A stretch of 20,000 bases of DNA from Hydrurus foetidus (lineage: Eukaryota): the NCBI GenBank assembly GCA_900617105.1, contig UYFQ01000659.1:53627-73626 (forward strand), in the 5' to 3' direction. Position 1 is the first letter of the stretch, and each line of letters begins with the position of its first letter. The notes under the pieces are model-generated. The model was given only the letters and a program-made list of their open reading frames with translations, made no database searches and was not told the origin of the DNA. The translations under genes were made by a program, and so were the position numbers. Shown one piece after another: positions 11,306 to 20,000 of this stretch.

Positions 11306-13261
11306 TTACGATCCGATTTGAAGAATTCTAATTGTCGCGTCACCACCAGCGATTGCAACCAGTTCGTTATCTGGGCTGAAATCGACTGCAAAAACTCCGC
11401 GTAACAATCCTGTAACAGTACCTAACAAAAAAAATATGAAGGAAAAAATTAAGAAAAGATTTTAAAATAGTTATGGTGGGAAACGTCGTAGAAAAATGAA
11501 AAAAAAGTTATTGTAAATATCAATTTTGCATACTGAACAACATCGTTATCACCCACTGCTAATTTCATTATTAAAAAAATTAATTGATTTAAAATAAGGT
11601 AAGGAATTTTACTTGTCTTACCAACAACTGTATTTCCGTTTTTATGGTCGAACACTTTTGCCTCATTTGCTCCGCTTCCTCCCGCTACGATGTAACGACC
11701 GGAACCTGGACCAATGAATTCCAGAATATCAGATTTTATTTTTGTATTCGTAAAAATGCACGGTGGAAATTTGGCAATGTTATGGTCATTAGTCACGAAC
11801 GTGTTTTTTAATTAATGACGAAAAATTGAGGATTTTAAGATATTTCAGATTCTTGCTGTGTATACATTGTCAAGAATTAACTGCAGAATTTCAAGATATT
11901 TTTGGGTTCTATTATATGGAGTTGTAAGTTACATACAATATTTTGAAAATGTGTCTGTCACACAACAAAAAAAAGAAGGGGACATAGTAGGGGTGGGGTG
12001 TATTGAATACTTTATTGATAATGTGTGTGTCTTTTATGCACACTCGTGGGAAGCCAAACATAAGCAAACCATGACAAAATGTGAGTAAAATGTTATTTCA
12101 AATTGGCTCTAGAGTCCCTGATTATTATCCGGATACGTACCTTCTTTTGAGAATTTTGCCGCGTATAACATGCAGGAAGATCCTGGGTCACATCCCCTGT
12201 TAGGATTCCAGTCAATACCTGTGAAATAAAATAAAACGAGCGAATAAGGAATAAACAAATAGAAGAAGTAAGTGAATTAATAGACACTTAGAAAAACACA
12301 CTGATTGCTTGATAGACAGATAGATAGTTGAATAAATAAAAAAATTAAACGAATAAAAAAATTAATAAATAATGAATAAATAAATAAGTAAATAAATAAG
12401 TAAATAAATAAGTAAATAAATAAGTAAATAAAATAAATAAATAAATAAATTAATAAATAAATAAATAAATAAATTTTAAAAAATATGAATGAATTTGAGA
12501 AGTATTTACTTTCTTAATATTCATTAGAATTTTGTTGATATTACAGATAAAAAATGGGTCATCCTGAAAATTGAAAACGTAAAATTCTACTCGAAAATCT
12601 TATTGGGGATATTTCTATGGAATTTAAATCAAGGGAAATAAGAAGGGGGGCTAGATGGATTTTTGAATAAAATTCCCAGATATGTTAATTTGCGGGCAAA
12701 GCAAATTCACTCATCAAGATGATTTCAAGGGTCGTGTTTAATTCATTTGTCGTTTTTAATCGGGTACAAGCCCCCCACACAACAACACACAGTATTTTTC
12801 GTGACTGAAAAAAAAACTGTCCCCACAGCATGAAAAATGCTGTGTGTTGTTGTGTGGGGGCTGGTACCCGATTAAAAACGACTATTGAATTGAACACAAC
12901 CCTTGATTTCATTCTTTTCAATCTTACTCAAAATAAATGAATTACCTTGTATTAATTTTCCTGTACCGTAATCCCAAATTTGTAATTGATTTTCCGGGCG
13001 CCAAGATCCGGTTAAAATCTCGTCACCTTTATGAAGATATTGTAACAAAGTTATTAAATTCATTTGAACACTTAATGTTTGCAAATACTAAATTTGATTA
13101 CAATTCAATCAAATTGACTCGTCAGGTTGAGAGCTACATTTAATATATGATACATGTATACATTTGTGTATGTGTAATTATTTAGTATGACATACATACA
13201 TACACACATACACATATCTAAATGTTTTGTATGTATGATTATTTAGTACCATATATATACA

Positions 13262-13360
<99 letters not shown>

Positions 13361-14265
13361 ACAAATAAATAAACAAATAAATAAATAAACAAATAAATAA
13401 ATAAATAAATAAATAAATATTAACACATTTTGAACTACTATTTAGTGACATACACTTATGCACATCTACATGTTTTGTTTGATTATTTAGTACCGCATAT
13501 ATCGAGCGCATCTCCACATATGTGGGGACCATAAAAACCTCTTACTGCATGACCTAAAAAATGAAATAAAAATTAAAAAATTAAAATAGAAGAAAATGAT
13601 AAAATGATAAAAGTGATTTTGAAAGCGTTGACGAGCAGCAAAAATATAACAAAAGTGTAGCGAAATTGTCATACGTGAAGACATAAATAAAATTAATATA
13701 TTCGAGAGAGATAAATCTAAATGCACGTGTATACACAAATACAAATATGCATACATACACTCATACATACATACATACATACACACACATACATACATAC
13801 ATGCATACATACATACATACATACATACATACATACATACATAAATTCATACATACATAGATACATAGATACACACATAATACACACATACATAGATACA
13901 TACCACACATACATGCATACACACATACATAAATACATACATACATACGTCCACACATACATACATAAATGCATACATACATACGCACATACATACACGT
14001 ACATACATACATACATACATACATTGCATACACATACTACATACATTATACATACATACATACATATAATACATACATAATGTACATACATACATACATA
14101 CATACATACATACATACATACATACACCATACATACATACATACATACATACACATACACATACATACATACATACATACATACATACATACATACATGC
14201 ATACATACATAAATACATACATACACACATACATACATACATGCATACATACATACATACATACA

Positions 14266-14299
<34 letters not shown>

Positions 14300-17200
14300 C
14301 ATACCACACATACATGCATGCACACATACATACATAGATACGTACACGCGTACATACATACCACACATAAACATGTAGGTAATATACGCCTACGAGTAAA
14401 TAGAAACGAATCGCACACACAATAAAATATTTTAAATGTCGAACACTTTTTTAGCTCAAAATGCGTAGACCATGGTGTGCAACAGCACGTACTCGTACGT
14501 ACTTCCTAAAACACGTACGTACTTACTAAAAAACACGTACGTGCTTACCCGCTCTTAAATCCCAGATCTTAACCGTATTATCCCAACCGCCAGTTATTAG
14601 AACGTTCTGCAAAACAATAAATTCAAACAGGAAAAATATTATAAATCTGATTCGATAATGTTCAATGGAGAAAGTCTAACATCAATTTTAAAAAAGTTGT
14701 AGAATTTAATTTTATCTAATATAATTATATATGTCAATGCTGTTACATAGAAATAAGAAGATCAATGCGTAAAACTCATTAACTCTATCTTGTAGATACA
14801 TCAGGATGTACATACGTACGTACCTGGTCTTGGGGAACGTATTTACAGGAAAAAACTCGATTCGAATGACCAGGCACAGATTCTAGTCCTGACGTAAATA
14901 TGAAATGAAAAAATGAAAAATGCAAATAAAAAATGAAAAATGAAAGTGAAAAATGAAAGTGAAAAATGAAAGTGAAAAATGGAAGTGAAAAATGAAAAGT
15001 AAAAATGTGTCAAGTTTAATGGGTGAGTTACTTCATATTTATTTTATAAAAAATACACCAAAATGTAAAAGTATATCACAATTAAGATAATATGACAATT
15101 ATGTAAACACTTATTGATACAATGTTGTCACTTATATCATCACTTCAAGGAATAGATGCACACATGCTTATACACAACACGCGTACATACTCAAAAACAA
15201 TACACACGTCTGTATACATACGTATACACACACGTACTCACTTATGCACAAACGTACGTACTTACCAAAGCCCGATCCTCCTGCCAAACAAAGTATTTTC
15301 GTTTTTGTTGCTTCATCGTACACTCTTATGCACGTGTCTTTTCCGCCTGTCGAAAACTGAGAACCGTCTACGGAATTGAATTAAAAAGGAGACAAAGAAT
15401 AAATTAAGATTGAGCACTTTTTTGTTAGATTATTGAGTATTTTGAAAAACATTTGGATTAGAGAAAAAATAGGAAAAGAAGTATAGAAAAGTTATTTTTA
15501 ATAGAAACACAGAAAAATATTTATTCAGTACATCTTTATTGCGGTATTTATTTCATCACTTATTTTTAACATAACATAACATAAATGTGCAATTTACCTT
15601 TATTATAGTTGAGCGCGAATACCTGATTATCATCATCCTCAAACGTGTGCAAACATTTCCCACTTGTCATATGCCAGTGTTGTACAGCGCCTGCAGCGTT
15701 AGCAGCAATAAACACGTTTCTAGTACGGGTAGAAACACCTGTGTATTTGTGGGGTGATTTATATTTATGTATATGTTTATATGTCTGTTTATATGTATGT
15801 TTATATTTATGTTTATCTGTATGTTTATTTTCATTTTTATTGTTATACGTATGTTAACATTTATGTTTATTTGTTTGTTTATTTTCATGTTTTTCTGTAT
15901 GGTTATATGTTCGTTTGTGTGTATCATCACATTTATGTTTATGTAATTATCATTTTACTATTATGTTATCTTTGATTTCTTGTCGCATTCTGAATAGGAT
16001 ATCTTTACAGTGTTCCTATTTTTATTAGGAGTATCATGTACACAGTCTAGCGTACGTTATACTTCACAATTTCTTACAATTATATTTACAAGTTACAATT
16101 ATCTCGAAGCAATTCATGTAGTCTAAATAGACAGATAATGCATGAATATATCGTATTTTGATCTTATACAAAACACGGATATTTCAAACGAATTATTAGT
16201 TACATTAACAAATAATATCACAAACTGAAAAACAGAATTTGGGCTCAAATAATGCATAGATATATCGTCAATTACTATTATGTAAAACACATAACATGCA
16301 TATCACAAACAGATAAATAGAAGAATGGTAGACACCAAAAATAAAAATACAATATGAACTATACTAGAGTTCAATTTACTCAACAAAATTTCGCATGAGT
16401 TTACTTCCTTAATGTCATGTAAGTACGTACGTACCATCGGAGGGTCTAAAATGAAGGGCGGTGGTGGGTAGGGCAACATTTGAACCCCCTTGTAAATTAT
16501 AAGATAACGTACCGTGCTAAAATAAAAATAAAATAAAATAAATAAAAAATAAAATCAGTTAAGATTTTGTGAGGAAAATGATTAATGAGAGTGATATCAT
16601 GTAAAGCGATTATTTTCTATGATTGTAGTTTATTTCTTATCTTGGCACAATATTCAACTATAGAAATTCAAGATTTCTTCTCAGCAGTGAACTAAATTGA
16701 AATGTGGATATATAGTACAATTAAAGTTGTTGGCGTTAACGTCAATTTACACTTTCACGACATGGAGTATACATACACGCACATACACATAATCTTTTTT
16801 CTCTCTCTTCTACTTATTTTGATATTAAATTGCACTATTTGCATTTATCACCCCTTCGTCTTTTAAATTTCAGCTTTTTTTATCTCTTAATATACTTTAT
16901 GTTGTGCTTTGTTCAAGGCTCTTCGTTTACGGTAGATCCACTTTAATCTGGACCTACCCCTATAAACGACAATCCACACCCTGACTGTACCGTACTGAAA
17001 ACTGAAATCAATGCGGTACAGTTAGGGTGTGTGGATTGTCGTTTATAGGGGTAGGTCCAGATGATAAGTGGATCAGCAACTAAACACCTCCTTTGCTATC
17101 ACTCTGTATTGTACACTGCTAATCAACTGTGAAAGAATGCTCAAATGCAAACAGCACAATCGCAGCTCATCAAAACCTCTCTGATCGAGAACAATTACTC

Positions 17201-17710
17201 ACTTGCTCTTAGAATTACTATTTGATAAAATGACTTACTCTTTAAATTGCTTCTGCACAAATCAAGGATCATTCGACAGAATAATTATCACACAAATAGT
17301 GATAAAATTCTGTTAGTACTGACGTCAATTCGTGGCGACTGCTGTGCTATATAAATCCGATTAATCATGATTTCAGCAGCCAAATCATTTGCCTCATAGT
17401 ATTGATGGCGCCTAATGCAACAAATGTAATCATGTGAAATTGCACATTGCCATAGGAGAATGGCTTTTACTCCATCAGAATGAAATCGCGAATAAACAGA
17501 ACGTAAGTCTCAACATCAGAAAGAACAATCAGACTGTAGGAGTTGATGGTACTGATTCGTATCATACTTTGTCTCACTTACTTGAGCGTTGAAAACTCTG
17601 ATTGCACCGTCACCACAACCAGCTGCTTGGGATAAACCATCGGAAGAGAATTCGCAGCAGAAGACTTCACTCGTGTTGTCGCTTATTGTCACCCTTTGGA
17701 CAAGGTGATT
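11306..17710 (-). CDS. WD40-repeat (beta-propeller) protein, 11 exons; the 5' end is interrupted by an LTR retrotransposon and no start codon is in the window
   Basis: Exons with consistent phases: 17582-17710, 16435-16516, 15598-15738, 15266-15367, 14824-14888, 14549-14606, 13494-13553, 12946-13026, 12141-12218, 11622-11705, 11306-11421 (TAA at 11308-11306), 996 nt. WD motifs: EVFCCEFSSDG..AAGCGDGAIRVFN, GGKDTCIRVYD, GHSNRVFSCKY, LITGGWDNTVKIWDLR, GPHICGDALD, LTGSWRPENQLQIWD, GVFAVDFSPDNELVAIAGGDATIRI. All introns are GT-AG. Confidence 0.92.
12375..12473. repeat. (TAAA)n microsatellite
   Basis: TAAA/TAAG units in a WD40 intron. Confidence 0.9.
12725..12906. mobile_element. MITE-like inverted repeat in a WD40 intron
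   Basis: Arms of about 80 bp (12725-12807 and 12826-12906), TCAAGGGTCGTGTTTAATTC... / ...GAATTGAACACAACCCTTGA, with a few mismatches and an 18-nt spacer. Confidence 0.65.
13261..13416. repeat. (ATAA)n microsatellite
   Basis: A long, near-perfect tetranucleotide run. Confidence 0.97.
13750..14375. repeat. Degenerate (TACA)n microsatellite
   Basis: About 600 bp of ATAC/ACAC units. This is the source of the MYVC/HTYI pseudo-ORFs. Confidence 0.95.
14900..15007. repeat. AAAAATGAAAGTG minisatellite
   Basis: Several tandem ~13-nt units adjoining the acceptor of exon 14824-14888. Confidence 0.8.
16935..17074. mobile_element. MITE-like inverted repeat in the first visible WD40 intron
   Basis: GATCCACTT..ATCTGGACCTACCCCTATAAACGACAATCCACAC..ACTGTACCG pairs with CGGTACAGT..GTGTGGATTGTCGTTTATAGGGGTAGGTCCAGAT..AAGTGGATC, with arms of about 60 bp. 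Confidence 0.65.
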
Positions 17711-18428
17711 TGTTGTGAACTTTATTAGGAGCTTTTAGTGAACCGGAGTGCTAGGAATCAACTGAAGGAATGGGACATCGGCATCTTGCAAACATCAATC
17801 ATTCGATTAGCACCTGGGAATCAGTTTGTTAGAGTACTTGCTCGGATCTGTCTCGTGATCACATGCTTTTAAGGGTGCCTCCTTTGGCACTGGAATCTCA
17901 GCCTCTACAGCAGCATCGAAAGCAGACATGACCGTGAACTCTCGAAGAAGTGTCTCGTGTTCTCAGATATCTTAAGCTTCCCGCATGAAACGAAGGTATC
18001 AAAACTCAGGGCTTCAAAGAGACACGATTACTTCCGAAGATGGCGGTAGCAACAGGAAGTTATCCAGTGAAGGTGACATGAAGAATGAAGATACCAGAGA
18101 GAGAGAGAGCCGAGAGGTGTTGGAGTTTCTGGGATCAGGAACTTTGATGTAGGATTGTAACCGGATGGATCCGTATGTGTAGTGTCTCCAACGGATTGAT
18201 TTCATGCATGAAAGATATGACGGTGTCCATACGTCATGGATCGTAGATTAGGATTTGTACTGTAACTGCAACTCAGGTAGCTTCGTGTCTATCAATGGGA
18301 ATGATAGCGCACAAGTTTTAATATCTAGTTTCTAGCATATTTCGATATCTACGATTCTTGGGCATTATCGGTGAACTGGCAGTCTTTGCGGAAGTTGTCG
18401 GTGTCTCGGAATTGAATAATCCTCAACA
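17711..18428 (+). repeat. Putative 5' LTR (718 bp)
   Basis: It starts TGTTGTGAACTT and ends AATCCTCAACA (terminal inverted TGTTG/CAACA, imperfectly extending). The left edge coincides with loss of the WD40 frame and the right edge lies 24 nt before the gag ATG. The second LTR is outside the window, so the boundaries are not confirmed by duplication. Confidence 0.8.
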
Positions 18429-18437
18429 TATTAAAAC
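18428..18437 (+). promoter_or_regulatory. Putative primer-binding site (non-tRNA, complementary to the element's own LTR)
   Basis: ATATTAAAAC (last LTR base plus the 9 following) is the exact reverse complement of GTTTTAATAT at 18315-18324. There is no TGG start and no GGTTATGGGCCC half-tRNA motif. Confidence 0.6.
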
Positions 18438-18452
18438 CTTCGGCGTAAGAGT

Positions 18453-20000
18453 ATGCCAAAGACGAAACCAGCAGAGGCTGGTGCAAAAACTCCTGAGGAG
18501 TGTATCCTGAAAATGGGTAAAAACAACAACGTGATTCAGTGGCGTGAGGCGATGTATAATCTCGCCACTGAGGAGTTCGGTGAAGTGGGGACCTACTTCT
18601 ACACGAATGTCGCGTTCAGATTTCCCTTTCCTCATGAAAGGGAATACAATCCTTTCTACGTCGAGCCTGCGGCTGAAGTATTAGTGGGGCCAGTCCCACC
18701 ACCCAATGATGAGCTTGGTGAGGAAGAGGAGGACAACGAGGATGTGGAGGAGGACATTGGAGAGGTTCATGTACCGGTGCCCGACATACCTGCGGCAACC
18801 CTAGTAAAACTCGTTAACAAACTCCGTGAGGGAGCGTACGAGGCAAGGAGGAAACGAGAAGAGGCCGCGCACTTAGCACTACGGAAAATGTGGGGAAAGA
18901 CATGGGCAAGAATGTCACCCCAGTCTCAGTCTAAGGTCCGGGAGGAGCCAGGATTCGAGGTAGCTTGTCTCAACCTCGACTCCATCAAGCTGTGGACATA
19001 CATCAGGAAAAGTCATCTTACCCATATGTTCGGTGAAGACGACGAGATGTCTGCTGCCAACGTCCATGACCAGACAATGAGATATCACAATCTTAAACAA
19101 GGAGAAAGAGAGTTCATATCGGATTTTAAGATAAGGTTCGATCATCAAGTCAAGAGCAATGAGGGTGTTGGGATACCTGAAATTAGTGATCGACTACGCG
19201 CAATGGACTTTATTGGTAAATTGGATCACAAACGATACAATGGTATGCTTACCATTATGCGTAATAACGCATGTCAAAACGTACCTGGTGCTTACCCACG
19301 CACCCTACAAGCCGCCTATCGTACCGCCTCAACTTGGACAAGAGATGGGTTGTTGGTCCCTATGGGTAGTGATTCACACTCCGCATTTCTTGCCGATACA
19401 GCATTCATCGCTGGGAAGGGCAAGAATTTGAAAAGTTCAAAGGAAATCATAGATCCAAAGCCTGTGGATAAAGAAGAAAAAGAAAAAGTGAAAAGAGTTC
19501 CTGGGCAAGCTTGTTTCGTCTGTGGAAAGTTCGGCCACATTGCCCGGGACTGCTCGCTTAGAAAGACGCCGGACACGGCCTTACTCGTCTCAAAACTGGA
19601 TGATGAACACGACAGTCAGGAGATCGGCCAATACCTGGGAGAAATTGACGATGAAGTAGCTTATCTCACAGCTGAGGAGACAATACTATTGTCGATGGAT
19701 GATGTTGTCTTCGACAACGGATCTACCGTTCATCTTTTCAAGAACAGCAAGCTTCTAACCGACATTAAAGAATCGAAACATCCGATTATCGTGAACGGAG
19801 TTCAAGCCAATGCCAGCGGAGTTCGAGTCAGTCAACAAGGAAAACTTGGCGACATTGGAATGGTGTACTACAGCCAAAACGCCAGCGCAAACATCCTCTC
19901 GATGTCAACTTTGGTCGACTCGGGAGCGAAAGTGAATTATCACTCAAGAGATAATCGATTCACCGTTCAGCCGAAAGGCAGCCAAACCATCTACAGCTTT
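18453..20000 (+). CDS. Gag-Pol polyprotein, 5' part (Gag, CCHC zinc knuckle, aspartic protease); 516 codons open to the window end
   Basis: The ORF starts ATG at 18453 (MPKTKPAEAG...) and has no stop to 20000, which is why the supplied ORF track omits it. Gag motifs are LKQGEREFISDFKIRF and AYPRTLQAAY. The knuckle CFVCGKFGHIARDC is at 19512-19553. The protease VVFDNGSTVHLFKNSKLL has its catalytic Asp codon at 19713, followed by SANILSMSTL. Confidence 0.93.
   Translation, partial: MPKTKPAEAGAKTPEECILKMGKNNNVIQWREAMYNLATEEFGEVGTYFYTNVAFRFPFPHEREYNPFYVEPAAEVLVGPVPPPNDELGEEEEDNEDVEEDIGEVHVPVPDIPAATLVKLVNKLREGAYEARRKREEAAHLALRKMWGKTWARMSPQSQSKVREEPGFEVACLNLDSIKLWTYIRKSHLTHMFGEDDEMSAANVHDQTMRYHNLKQGEREFISDFKIRFDHQVKSNEGVGIPEISDRLRAMDFIGKLDHKRYNGMLTIMRNNACQNVPGAYPRTLQAAYRTASTWTRDGLLVPMGSDSHSAFLADTAFIAGKGKNLKSSKEIIDPKPVDKEEKEKVKRVPGQACFVCGKFGHIARDCSLRKTPDTALLVSKLDDEHDSQEIGQYLGEIDDEVAYLTAEETILLSMDDVVFDNGSTVHLFKNSKLLTDIKESKHPIIVNGVQANASGVRVSQQGKLGDIGMVYYSQNASANILSMSTLVDSGAKVNYHSRDNRFTVQPKGSQTIYSF

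Larger units (their letters stand above)
17711..20000 (+). mobile_element. Ty1/copia LTR retrotransposon (CoDi-like), 5' part; continues beyond the window
   Basis: The segment is visibly more GC-rich and lacks microsatellites. It begins TGTTG exactly where the WD40 exon breaks off, has a TG...CA-bounded LTR, and then a long gag-protease ORF with copia-type motifs. Integrase and RT are not in the window, so the superfamily call rests on gag and protease. Confidence 0.9.

Noticed and set aside
13178..14420. MYVC/HTYI/FIYL repeat ORFs (also 6972-7213 and 9434-9793)
   Set aside because: They are translations of tetranucleotide and dinucleotide microsatellites in introns.
17021..17027. TTAGGG telomere-like hexamers (also near 1422 and 6986)
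   Set aside because: They are isolated single copies, not arrays.
18429..18452. Conventional tRNA PBS; cUUCGg tetraloop hairpin at 18438-18443
   Set aside because: There is no TGG or half-tRNA-iMet motif and only a partial resemblance to a tRNA-Lys anticodon loop. The tetraloop has a single closing pair.
18014..19576. Short minus-strand and alternative-frame ORFs inside the retroelement
   Set aside because: They are shadows of the gag-pol frame or LTR sequence, with no motifs.

Overview
Eukaryotic, AT-rich, intron-dense genomic DNA in the standard code, probably a stramenopile/ochrophyte-type protist (inferred only from the retroelement type and gene style). By manual exon joining, the window holds two minus-strand genes and one retroelement. 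(1) VPS11 (HOPS/CORVET subunit): 17 exons from ATG 10538 down to 384, about 1019 codons, continuing past position 1, with one GC-AG intron and several Asn-, Ser/Pro- and Lys/Glu-rich insertions. (2) A WD40-repeat gene: 11 exons, 17710 to stop 11306, whose first coding exon is cut by the retroelement. (3) A plus-strand Ty1/copia (CoDi-like) LTR retrotransposon: 5' LTR 17711-18428 (TGTTG...CAACA) and an intact gag-zinc knuckle-protease ORF from 18453 running off the window. The most interesting signal is that the element has no tRNA-type PBS. Instead, the bases at its LTR end are complementary to a 10-mer inside its own LTR and are flanked by a U5-leader stem, which is the geometry of Tf1-style self-priming but in a copia element. 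Introns also carry four unrelated long hairpins (MITE/foldback-like), large microsatellite tracts and a strand-biased GTACTTAC/GTACGTAC motif clustered at 5' splice sites.
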